From assembly GCA_017654855.1 (NCBI GenBank), contig CM030336.1, positions 1,178,001-1,242,000 on the forward strand: DNA of 64,000 nt, written 5' to 3'. The notes beneath the pieces are model-generated. The model ran no database searches and was not told the origin of the DNA. It saw only the letters and a list, made by a program, of their open reading frames with translations. Below are positions 25,801 to 39,200 of the stretch, in pieces. Source of the stretch: Podospora anserina. Taxonomy: Eukaryota. Each line of letters starts with the position of its first letter. Within the stretch, counting starts at the first letter, position 1. Both the position numbers and the translations under genes were made by a program.

Positions 25801-28800
25801 AAATATTATTATTAAATATTATAATATTAAGAAAAATAATAAAAGTAATTTTTAATATTATAGATATAGGGCTAGAGAAAAATATAATTTTAAAGTAATT
25901 ATAGTACGAGGATTATAATTTAGATATCGATTGGAAGGATAGTAATTATTTACGATTAAAAATATACCGGAAATATTTAATTAACGATAGGAGATTAGAG
26001 GTACGGTAGAAATAAAGTATAGGATAAGTACCCTCTACGGTACTACTGTAAAAAATATGAAAAGTATTAATATATTTAATCGATATAAGTAGTAAAATTA
26101 AAGAAGTAAGGTTAGTAAGAATAGTTACGTTAATAGAAATTATAATAGTAATAAAGGATAAATATATTTATTATAATAATTTAAAGAAAAGCGAAAAAAA
26201 GGAAGTATTAATAAAGTACCGGGGGTATCCGGTATTTACGGTAAAATACTTTTAGGGTTTACTAAAGAGGGGACTATAGGACTATAAAATTAAGTTTAAG
26301 GAAGAAATTAAATTTAAGTTTTTTTAGGTTTATTATATTAACGATAAATAGAGTAAGGAGTTATAGAAATATTTAAATAAAAATATTAAGAGAAAATATA
26401 TTAAAGTATTTATATTACCGGCTAAATATTTTATTTTTTTCGTACCGAAGAAAGATAGAAGTCTACGACTATATATAGATTATCGATAATTAAATTAAAA
26501 AACGGTAAAGAACGGTTATTTATTATTATTAATTTTACGGCTACGGAATTAATTATTAGAAATATAATAATTTATTAAACTTAATATATTAATTAGATAT
26601 ACGTATATATAAATTAAGGAAGGGAACGAATAGAAAATAGTTTTTTATATACCTTATAGGTATTTCGAGTACTTCGTTATATTATTTAGGCTTATTAATA
26701 TACTAGTAACTTTCTAGGCCCTCGTTAATTATACGATTCGTTAGTATTTTAATAAAATAATAGTTTATTACTTTAACGATATTTTTATTTATTTACGTAC
26801 TTTAGAGGAATATAAATAGTATATTAAAAAGATTTTAGACGCGCTATATAGAGCCGGACTATTGATTAATAAGGATAAAAGCGAGTTTTATATGTAGGAA
26901 ACGGTTTATTTAAGGTATTTAATTTCGTTAAGAAAAGTGTAAATAGAGTTAAGGAAGATCGCGGTAGTTAAGGACTAGCCGAGACTATAAGTAGAGACGG
27001 CCGAATAATTAAAGACTAAGGTTCGAGAGTTTTTAGGATTTATAAACTTTTATCGGATATTTATACGGAACTATAGTGCTATAGTAAAACTATTAAACGA
27101 CCTAATTAAAAAAGACGTTAAGTTTAAATAAGGAGAGGAGTAGGAGTAGGCTTTTTAGGTTATTAAAAACGTTATTACGGCGGACTTAATATTTAAGTTC
27201 CCCGATTTAAGCCGACCTTTCGAAGTTAAAATAAATACCTCCGATTACGCTATCGGAGGGCAATTAGGATAACGAGACGAGGATAGGAAGCTATATTTAA
27301 TAGTATTTTTTTTAAAGAAATTAAAGGGACTACGTAAAAACTATCCTATTTATAATAAAAAATTATTTATTATTATTAAGGCCTTCGAAAAATAAAGATT
27401 ATACTTTAGCGGTATTAATTACGAGGTTTAAGTCTATACGGACTATAAAAATTTAAAGTATTTTATTATTACTAAAGTCCTTAACGCTAAGTAAAGTAGA
27501 TAGTTAAAGTTTTTATTAAAATTTAATTTTTAGATTTATTATAAGAAGGGATCCGAAAATATAAAAGCGGATACTTTAAGTAGAAGGGCGGATTATTATA
27601 AAATAAAAGTAGTAAAGGAGTTACTATTTTTATTATAGGAAATAATAAAAGGTATATTTAAATACTTGCTTTAATAATAAGCTAAGTATTATATAGTATA
27701 CCGAAAGAAATTTATTACTTATAAGTATTAAAGTAATATCGATAGTAATAATTAAAAACAATAAATTAAATTAAAATTATTAAGGATTTAAAAGGATAAT
27801 TATTACCGGTTTTAATATAATAATAGGGCCTACGTCGATTTAGTATAGCGGAAAATATTAATTTAAGAAATTTATAAATTAAAATTCGGAGGATATATAG
27901 GAGTAGCTAAAACGACGGAAAAGGTTAAATAATACTTTAATTAATTAAGATTAAAGAAAGATATAGAAGAGACGCTACGGGAGTATAACCTTTATAGGAA
28001 AACGAGAGTAGAGAGGTATAAACCGTATAGATTTTTAAAGTTACTATTAGTAACGGAATAACCTTAAAGTTCGGTATCGATAAACTTTATTATTAAATTA
28101 CTAAAATCTAAGGACTTAACTATAAGCGTTAAATATAATAATATTTTAACGGTAATCGATAAACTTATTAAATAAACGTATTTCCTACTTTATAAAGAGA
28201 CCTGGATAGCGGAATAATTAGCGGATATAGTATTTCGGAACGTTATAGCGATATATATATAGTTAAGGAAGTTTATTACGGATCGTAATATTAAATTTAT
28301 ATTAAAGTTTTAAAAGGCTTTAATAAAATAAGTAAAAATAAAAAGTAAAGCGTCGTTAATATATTATTTATAGACGGACGGTTAGACGGAGAGGTTTAAT
28401 TAGATTATTAAATAGTACTTTCGGAATTATATTAATTTCGAATAAAATAATTAAATTAAACTTTTACTAATAATATAGTTCGTATATAATATAGTACCTA
28501 CGGAAACAATAAAAGTTATATTATTTTTCGCGAATTATAGATTCGAGGCGGATTTATATTAAGGACTAGAGGTAAAAGTATTTAGGGCGGTAGCGAAGGT
28601 AAGGAAGCTATATATACTATACGTTAAACTTAAAAAAAAACTTAAGTTCGTTCGGGAACGTATATATAAATATTATAATATTAAACGGCTCGAAGGACCT
28701 CGCTTAAAGAGGGGGAATAAAGTATTTTTTTTAATACGGAATTTATATATAAAATAATTAAATAAAAAATTAAATTATAGGAGGGTAAGACTTTTTACGG

Positions 28801-30298
28801 TTAAAGAAAAAATATCGGAAACGGTTTTTAGGTTTAAATTACTAAATACTATACGGTTATAATTAAATACCTTTTATATTTTATTTTTAAAACCGGTATT
28901 ATAGGATATTAATCCCGATATATAAATAAAAACCGAGGATAAAAAAAAAGAGTATGATATAAAAGAAATATTAAATTTATATATTAATAAAGGATAATTA
29001 AAGTATTTAATTAATTAATTAAATTATTTAATTATAAATAATTTTTAAAAATTAATTACGAACTTTAATTACTTTAAAAAACTAAAGGAATTTTACCGAA
29101 GGAATCTTAATCGACCTTGGGCGTAAGATTAAATAATTAATTAAAACCGGCGGGGAGCTCGAAGATAGCGTTAGGGTTAGAGACGTTAGTAGCCTCCTAA
29201 TTTATAATACCGAAAGTACTTAACGACTAGGCTTAGCCGATTAGGGATTACTCGCTTAATAGATTTATAGGCTCGGGCAAGGGGGGCGTTAAAGTATTTA
29301 TTTTATTTAACGACTTTATTCTTTAATAAAAAAGTTCGGTACTTTAATTACGTATCGATTTACGCTATTTACGGAAATAAGTTAAGGAGTTTAATATTTT
29401 CGCTAATAAATTTTTTTTTGCGGTTATTTTTTTATTAATTTTTTTTTATTTTAATAAGTTTTTAATTATTACAATCGTTAAAAAAGAAGGACTATTACGT
29501 AGAATATAGGTACCTATAAAAATTAATTACGTTTAGTTTATTATACGATTTATTTACTTAAACGTAGTTCGAGTAGCGGTTCGACCTTTCCTTTATAACG
29601 TAGCGCCCTTAAGGCTTCGTACGTTAATAGCGGGAGTAAAGTATAACTTCGATACCGTTTTAATTAATTAAGGCGGAGAGAACTATTTGTTTACGAGTAG
29701 TATCGCGGTAATGTTTCTTTACGCGACCCGTTATCGTTAAGCGTACCGAAGTAAGCTTATAGAAAGAAGAAAAGGAGGGGGGTTACTTACGCGTAAGAGA
29801 GAATAGTAGCGCTAAGGGTATAAAGGATAATAACGTTAAGTTTTTCGGAACGAAAAACGACGAGGGGGAGTATTGTATTACAAACCAACTATATAGTAAG
29901 GCCAGGTAGAGACTGTAGCTGGCCATGCCTGCTAATTAGAGGAAAAAGATACGGCGGTAGGGCTGCAGGGTAGGATAAGGCTCACTGCTTGGCAAAGGTA
30001 AGCCGGATCACCACGCTCACCAGGTAAACGCGGTAAGTTCTAAGGGATCACTACGGGTCGCTGGTGAGCGAGAGTGATCCAGGTACGAAGGTACTTAGGG
30101 ATTTATAGTCTATATATACGGAGGAACTAGATAGCTTATAGATAGTTCCGCAGTATGTAATCACAGCTTGTATTCACGGTATCTTGTGTTTATATTGAGA
30201 CATCTTGTTATGCACTGTTTAGCTGCACCGAACCAATTGTCAGAAGAAGCCTTCAACCGAATATCCCTTTCAGAGGTTCTGTACAGGGGTTCGTCACA
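22895..30298 (+). mobile_element. Full-length chromovirus-type Gypsy element B (7404 bp), nested in element A upstream of its protease
   Basis: 423-bp LTRs at 22895-23317 and 29876-30298. 5-bp TSD GTAGT. Zn knuckle ~24220, protease (D)SG(A) ~25677, RT ~26770, chromodomain EYD(V)..IL...YL..(W) ~28950-29075, polypurine tract GAGGGGGAG. Confidence 0.94.
29170..29760 (-). pseudogene. Antisense accessory ORF of element B: Zn2Cys6-like motif plus coiled coil (RIP-ed; ends approximate)
   Basis: De-RIP reading (M)(P)CSRC(Q)RxKP(Q)GRCV(M)KExSNRCSNCV(Q)VNKSC(D) at 29644-29540. Antisense GTAAGT donor at 29790-29785. Confidence 0.7.
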
Positions 30299-33200
30299 GT
30301 AGTTAAGGAAAGAGTCTCGTCCGATTAAAGGAATAAAGTCCGGAATAGCTTAAAGTTACTTAATAGAAAAGTAAAGGACTTTAAAAATTATATTACCGAG
30401 AAAACTAAAAAATATATTTATAATTAAATTAAATTTATATTAAAAAAATATTATAGGGTTTTATTTATATTTATTTACTGGTTAATAAATTACGTAAAAA
30501 ATATAGTCGAGGATATTAAAATAATCGAATAATATAAATCTTTTAAGAATATTCTGAATAAAAAAAAAAAAGTTTTATAAAAGGGGGAGGCTTTACTATT
30601 AATAATTCGAATAAATTTTTAAATAGTTAAATATAATAAAACTTTTTTATTTAATTAAAAGAAAATTATCCTTATTTTATATAGAATTATAGCGGATAGT
30701 AAATATAGTATAATTAAAGGAGGTATTTAAAAGAAAATTATTAAAAGTAAGGTTTAATCGGGTAATAGTTTAAAAAAATAATTACGGATTTTACTATTTA
30801 CGCTTATTAACCGGCTTTTTAATAATAAATAAATTCTTTTAAGAACTATTATTCGAACCTATAACGTTTTATTACTATATTATAACTTTATTTTATTAAT
30901 TTTAAAAAAAATATTAATAATATTAAATATAGGTTCGGAGTATAACTTAATTAATAAAACTATAATTAAAAGGTTTTATTTACCGATAGTATCGATAAAT
31001 CTATAGTTTAAAAACCTTTATAAAAATCCGGTTATATTTATAAATAAAATTTAAACTTTAATAATATTAATTAGGATTTTAATTTTATATTATTTTTTCG
31101 TTATTAATAATATTAAGGCTCTAGGTTTTTATAATTTATTATTAAATATCCCGTTCTTTACGGATATAAGTTTTATTTTTAATTTTATAAAAGGTTATAT
31201 AATTAATATAAATATATTATATAAGGGAAAATTAATTAAAACTTATATAGTAAAAAAGAAAGTAATTAATAAAATAAAAGTAGAATATAATAGTAAGGAT
31301 CGAAGTAATATTTTTTTTATTAATTAACTTTTATAAGTATTTAAAGGATTAATTAATAAAAAAATATTTATCTTTAAGTAAATAACGGAGGAATTAAAGG
31401 AAGGGGATAAAGTAATTAGGGGATTAAATAAAGGAATTAAATATTTTTTATTTAATTTTATTTTAAAGAAATTAAATTTATTATTATTAAATTATTATTT
31501 AACGTTTAATATTATTTTTTATAAAAATAAAGAAAAGGGGAATATTAAGAGTAAGGGAAGAAAGAATATTAGTAATTAAAGGGAAGGAAAGAAAGGAGGT
31601 ATAAAGGACTATTAGAAAGAGAAGTCTTTATTTTAATTTAAAAAAATAAAAATTATAATAAAAATTTTAATTTTAAACGAAATTTTAAAAAAAAAATAAT
31701 CGCTATTACCGACCTTTATAATAGGTTTATATTTAATACTGTTGCTATTATTATTAAAAATATTATTATTATTTAATTAAAGGATTAATAGGATAATTTT
31801 ATTTAAGCCCGATATAGTATCCTTATACTTAAAGATATTTAATTAGTCCTTTACTTAATTAAATTAGTATAGTTTTTTTACTATATAATTATATAAATAT
31901 TATTTATTTCCGCCCCTTTTTAAAAAAAAAAATAATATAAAAATTAATTTAATTATTATTTTTAAATAAATTTAATTAATGTTTATAAATATTATTATTA
32001 TTACTATAATATATAAAAAAGTAAATAAAAAAATAAAACCGGTTAATAATATTAGGTTAAATAGTAGTATTTTTAAAGGAGATCCGAATTAGAAAGTAAA
32101 AAGATAGGCGGTAATTAAAGAATCCCTATAATATAGTTTAAAATTTAATAATATTATAGTTTTTAAGTTTTTTAAAATAATTAAAGGATTACGCTTTACT
32201 TTAAAACGTTTAACCGATTTAATTAAATAAACTACTAATATTTTAATAAATTAGGAGGTTAAAGTATTTACGATAATCTTATTCGTAAAGGAAGCTATAT
32301 TAATATAGGACTTTACCGAGTGTAGATAGATCTTTAAAGAAGTTTTCCTTACTTAATATATTAGGACTATCCTTTATAAAGTATAATAAAGTAAGTTTAT
32401 TCCGATCCCGAAATTATTTATAAAAAAAGTTATTAATCTTTTTAAAAAATAAATTAAAAAAAATATTATTAAAGAAGTATATAGTCTTTACTATAATAAT
32501 TAATTTTTAATAAAAAAAAAAAATAATAACCTCCGTTTAATTAACGATATTTAAAAATATAATAAAATTATATAACGAAATACCTTTATTTTATTAAATA
32601 TTAAAGAGTTTAATAAGGATTTTATAAAGTATTTTATTATTTCCTTATTTAATTTTTTTTCCGGATATAATTAAATTAAATTAATTTTAACGAGCCGAAA
32701 CCTTATTACTTTCGCGATACTTATTAGTTTATTTAAAATATATACCTTACTTTAAGGAGCTACTAACTTAATAACTTAATTTTAAAAAGTTATAACTAAA
32801 GTCTTTTAAGATTTTATTTTATAGGTATATTAGTTATACTTAAACGATATTATAGTAAAAGGGCTAAGGTGGGATTATAATAGTAAAGAAGAAAGGTTAG
32901 GAATTAGGAAGTAGGTCCTAAAGTATTTAAAGAATATTAATATAATTTTATTTAATTATAAGTTTATAGGAATTATAATTATAATTATAAAATCCCTTTA
33001 ATATAAATAGGAAATTATTATTTTTAATTATTTTTATATACCGGATAAGTACCTCCCTAATTAAATAAAAATAATAAAAATAAAGGAATAATAAATTTAT
33101 TATAATTTTAAAAATATTTATATTTTTTAAGAATTACCGGTTACTATCGGCTATAGGTACCTCTCTTTAATCTAATTATAGTTCCGTTATATTTTTTAAT

Positions 33201-36200
33201 AAAGAAAAATATAAAATAAAAATAAATAGAAATTTAATAAAGTACGATAAAATAATTTACTTTTTTAATTATAAAGGTATTGTATTTAATTTCTTTAACG
33301 TTTAATAACGATTATTTCGGTAAAATTTTTATTATTTTTAATATAAGTTTAACGGGGTAAAGAATAATAATTAAATAAATAAAATTTAATAAAAAATAAT
33401 ACCTTTATTAGTTTAAAAATAGTATTTAGAGTCCGGTTAAATAAAGGTATAATACTATTAAAAAGGAGTTAAAAGAACTATTATATATTTTAAAGAGATT
33501 TAAAAAGTATTTTTTTAGGGTATACTTTACGGTAAAAACGAATATTTAAATAATAGTCTACTAAGTTTAGGGGGTAATTAATAACGTTTTTAATATTTTA
33601 ATAATAAAATAATTAAAATAAATTAAATTTTTTAACTTTATAATTATTTATATCCCTAAAAGTAAAAACCTTATAATAAATATATTATTAAAAAAACTAT
33701 TTAGCCCCTTTAATTTAAAGGAGAAAAAGTTAAAATTAAATATTAATAATAAAGTTAATATAAAGATCTAAAAAAACAATATTTAAAAAGTAAATATTTA
33801 ACGGATAAATATTAAAAAAAAAAAAAAGAAAGTTATTAGGTAAGGCCCTTACTTAAATAAATTATAATTTCTTTATTTTTATATTATCGCCGAATTCCTC
33901 GCGACTAATGCGGAGCTAAAGGCTAAAATAAAGTTTAACGTTTAAACTATTAAAAATAACGCCCTAAAAATAATTCTTAAACATAGAATTTTATTTTTTA
34001 AGTTAAATAAAGAAGACTTTTTTCTTAAGAAAATTATTAACCCTCTAATTGAGCGGAAAAAAGTCTTTAATACGTATTATAACAAGATAGGCTATAAAGG
34101 ACGGGAAATTACTTATACCCGAGTAATAAAAAATTATTATTAGAAAGGTATATATATTAACGTCGAGGTTTAAATTAAAATATATAAATAATATTAATAA
34201 TAAAGCCCGAAGTATTAAAAGGATTAATATTTATATATTAAGCTTTTAATTACTTTATTTACGAAATAGTATTTAAATATTTAATTTTTATTAACGGTTT
34301 CGGGAAAAAAAGTTTATTTTTTAAAAGTAAGGAATAATTTAATTAAATATTTAAAAGCGAAGGTCTTAAACTTAAATAAAGTTTTTAGGGTTAAAAATTT
34401 TATTTTATATGATATTATTTTTAAATAAGGTTACTTTTTAATCGTGGTAATAAATAGCGGATTAGAATTTAGGAAGGAAGTTATTAAGATTTTAAAAAAG
34501 CTAGAAGTTTTTTAGGTAATAGTTTTACTTTATAACGTAAAAGTAAATAAAGTAACGGAATTTAATTATATTTTAATTATATTAATATTAATAAAAATAA
34601 TAAATAAGACGGGGAAAAAGTAAAAGTAATAACTCTTTTATATATTATTTATTAATAAAATTATAATACAAGATATTTATAAGTATAGTACTTTCTATTT
34701 AATATATAAGTTTAATTTTATTACGCCGATCGAAAAGGACGTACTATTATAAAAAATCGTTTAATAAAAAAAAATTAACTTCGATAAATTAGGGAGATAC
34801 TGGAAAGAAAGAGCGACTATAAATTTAATAAAAGTAAGGGCGAGACTATTAAAATCCTAGGAAATAAATCTAACTTTAATAATTAAGAGGGTTAATATAG
34901 TAAAATAGAAAGCTACGGTAAGAAAAAATAGAAAAGGGATTTATAATATTAAGTCTAAGAATAATATAATTAAAAAGAGGGATTTAATATTAATATATAA
35001 AATAAATAGAAAGTTAAATATAAATATAATAAAGAAATTATAGTACCGCTAGGATAACCCTTTTAAAGTAAGGAAAGTCGAATTAAATAATACTTATTAC
35101 TTCCTAAAAATACTAAATAGGGTATTATTATAAGTTTTTTATATATTAAATAAAGTAAAGAAGTTTTTTAGGTTAAAAAACATATATATAAATAAAGAGG
35201 ATACGGATATATAGCTAGAATTAAAGAGAGTTAAATAGGTATTTAGGAATAGAGTAAAGGAAAGTATAAATATAATAAAAAATAAGGATAAAAAAGAAAA
35301 AATAGTGGAAGAAATATTAAGGAGAATAATAATTAAGGGGAAAACTTAAATAAAATAAAAGAATATTAAAATATAGAAGAGATTTAAAAAGGGTAAAAGT
35401 ATAAAGGTAGTCCTAAAAAAGGGTAGATTAAAAGACTTTTTAGGTAATTAAGGGGAAATAATAACGAAAGTATTATAATTATTATTTTTCTTTAAGAGGG
35501 TATTAAAGTTTATATTATAAGAATAAAGCTATAGGAGCTATTTATTTTTAAAGGGAGGAAAAATATTAAAGAAAATAATTAATTAAAGTAAAGATTATTA
35601 TATTAAATTTTTAATTTTTTTTTTTTTTTTTTTTCCTATTATTTCTTTTTCCGATTTACTCCTCTCTTTATACCCCTTCCTCTAATCTAAAAAAATAAAA
35701 AATTATTTTTTTTCTTTTTTTTTCTCTTTCTTTTTATTTATTTATTATTTTTTAAACTCTTTATATTTAACCCACTATTCTTCCTACTTTTAGTCCTAAT
35801 TAACTTCCTTACTATTAGAAATTAAATTTATAGTACTACGATTTAACTTTAATAACTTATTATTACTAAAATCCTTAAAGTAAAGACTATCCTTATTAAT
35901 ACTAAACTATAAATAATAAATACCCTTATATTAATAATTCCTATATTTTTAATCGAGGTCTTTTCTTCCTATATAACCGAAGTATAATTATATTATTTTA
36001 ATTTTAGTCTTATCGGGGAATATTATGAAAAACCGGTAATAGCTTTAATCGCACTTATTATATAAATTAATATAATTAAATTTAATATATTAATATTAAA
36101 TTAAATTTAATTAAGGAAATAATATTTATAATAATTTAATAATTTAAATAAATAAACCTTTAAAATAATAAACTCGCTTAATAATTTCGAAAAATTAACG

Positions 36201-39200
36201 TCCGAAAAACTATTTATTAAACCGTTTAATAAAAATCTATTTAACGGAACCGATCGATAATACTTTAAAAATATAATTAATAATAATTTTATCCGTATTA
36301 ATATCCTTAAAAAATAATTATTACTCTTTCTTACCCCCTTTTTTTATCGGATTAAAGAGGAATTACTTAAGGTAGAGGGAAATAATTATATATTTAAGAT
36401 TTAATAAAGAAATTTTAAAATATTAAAAAGTAGTTTAATAAGGGAAAAAAATATTATAATAAATATTAATATTTTTAAGTATAATAGAGTCGTAAATATA
36501 AATAAAACGCCGAACTTAAACATACTTTTTATAAATAATATTTTAATTATTAAAAATACGGGTAAGGTTAGTAAAATAATAAATAAAAATAATAAATAAA
36601 AGTTTTTAAGTAAAGTTTATAGTAACCTCGGACTAATCGTATATAATAAAATTAAGGATTCCTTCGATTTAATTAAAAAGTTTTTTAATAAAAAAAGTTA
36701 TAAATATTTAAATAATAAAATCGTTAACCGTTTAATCGGACGAAGTAATAGGTTTCCTTAAAGAAAAGGTTATTAAGAAAAAGCGATTAATAAATATTAA
36801 AAAAAATAAAAAGTAAGCGGAAATAAAGAGAATTAATATAGGTATTTATAATTAAAGGATAGGATAGTGCGATTAGTTTTATAAACCTCTATAAGAGGGA
36901 AACTTATTAAAACGCTTTTTCTTCTTTAAATAATTTACATAATTATTTAATAATCTTACTTTATAAATTAAATAAATAATAAAAAATAAAGATTTATTAA
37001 AGACCTTTTTCCCTCTTTAATTTTCTATTTTAAAAAAATTCTTTACTTCTTTTTCGGTAACCCTTTAATTATAAATTATACTATATACTATTCCCTCTTA
37101 ATTTTTATAAAATAATATTATTAATACTTTTTATAAAATCTATTTATAATATATTATAAAAAAAATTTATTATTATTAAGAAATTCGGCCCTCTTAATAA
37201 TCTCGTTAAAGAAATTATTTAGAAAGTATACTTTTAAAATATTAATAGGGTTTATAACTTTAGTCTCTCGTATAATATTTTCCTTCCCTAAAATAATAAT
37301 ATTCTTTAGCCTATTCGTTTTAATTTTAATTTAGTTATCGATTTAAGAGATTATATTATAGGAAAGCGGCCCGACTAAATTAATATTATTTTTATAAAAT
37401 AATTTTCGATTAATATTATTAAATATTTTTTTTTTAATTTAAAAATAATAATCCCCCCTAATCGGACTTACATTTACGGTATTTATATAATTTCCCTTAC
37501 TTACGTTATATATAACCTTTAAAATTAATTAAAAATTAAGTAATAATTTATTAGCTCGGTCTTTATTTACGCTTTTCGGTACTTTTTTTAAGGAATCCTC
37601 GAACATTATATATAGATCCTTAAAGAGCCTTTAAACCCTATTATAATAAAGTTATCGATACGCTTTTTCCTACCTAACGATAATTATAATACTTTTAACT
37701 AATAATATTAAATTTTTTTTATTTATATTAATAACGGAAATTATTAAGTAATAAATATTTATAATATTATTATTAATATTTTAATTTATATAAATTTATT
37801 AAAAAATTAAAAGGAATATTAAATTAATATTATTTTTTATTTAATATTTTATATTCGTTACGCTTTTTATTATAACTTTAACGTAAAAGTAAAGAGACTA
37901 GCTTATAATAAATAAAGCGGGGCGTAAAAATATAGTTTTTAAGTTTTAGAGTATTATTATATTTACTTTTAAGGAAATATTTTGTACGATAAAGAGGAGG
38001 ATTTAACGGTAATAAAAATTTAAAAAGAAAATTATTATTATAGAAACTATAAGACCGTAAGTATTATAGAAAAAAAAATAATAAAATTATAAATAATTTA
38101 TATAAAAAGGTTTTTAAATTATAAATTTAATTAGAAAATATATAATAAAAAATAAAGAAAGAAGGGCTTAAAAAACTTAATAAATACGGAAAAATTTAAC
38201 CTATTAAATACCTTTTTATTTTTTTTTAAGTCTTTACTAATTCCCCGGTTTACTTTTTTCTTTAGTTTTCTATTAACTTTAATTATTATTATTAAAGGAA
38301 ATAAATACGTTATAGGTTTTCCTTTTAATTATAAAGGGTTTAAATTAAATAGTATATTAAATAACTTTTAACGATTAAATAAAGTAATAATTCCTTTTAA
38401 GTTCCGTACTCTTATAATAATAAACTTACCGCTCCTCTTTAAGTTTATAATTATCCGTCCCCTTACTTATAACTATTTAGGATCGCTAATAATATACTTT
38501 TCGCTTAATTATATACTTAATTTTATAAAATAAAAATAAATTTTTAAAGTTCCTTAAAAACGAAAGAAGGAAATCGTTAAGTTATTAATTATAATAGTTC
38601 GATAAGGACGGAAATATATTTTAAAATCCAAAAAATAAAGGTACTCTTCTCTTTAATTAAAGGAAAATAAATAAAGGAATAATAAAATTATATTATTTTC
38701 CTTTCTTTTTATTAAACGATATTTTTTTTTTTTTTAATTTATAAAGGATTTTTTTCTTATATATATATTTACCTACTGGTTTATAGTAGTTAAATGCGAA
38801 GGGAGGTTTGGTTTAGGGTACGGCTATAGGCCTAAAAGTATAAATAAGGAAGCGGGGCTCTCAGAGGACTCAGGGGTTCAGGGGTCATATATATAAGCGG
38901 TCTGCTTCGGACATTTTATTTTAAATAGGATATCGACTTTTATTCTTTTCTTCGTATTTTGTGCCTTATACGCGTGTAGGTAATTCTGGCCCTCTGATTA
39001 GGCTAATCCGGTGCTTATTATGTGGCCTGCGAGCCCATAGTGTCTTTTCTTTGTCCTACGTGAAGTGCGGCCTGCGAGCGAGTCACTATCACGCAGGTGT
39101 GTTCATTCTGAGACCTATTAAGGGTATATTTGTGGTGTTATAGTTGTTTTATGTGTTTTCTCACCATTTTAGTAGGTATATTTAAGAGCGACTAATTAAC

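Larger units (their letters stand above)
19892..39171 (+). mobile_element. Large Gypsy element A (~11.9 kb without nested B), distinct from the chromovirus group
   Basis: 363-bp LTRs at 19892-20254 and 38809-39171. 4-bp TSD GTAG. RIP-ed motifs: protease L(D)(T)GSE at 30923, RT YL(D)DIIVKG ~32836, integrase HHCC ~34075-34200, GPF-like motif ~35050. Purine tract at ~38797-38806. Confidence 0.9.

Noticed and set aside
38290-38380. Partial Tyr-for-Cys spacing on the minus strand of A's 3' region
   Set aside because: Only part of the pattern fits, and Tyr codons are common by chance in RIP-saturated DNA.
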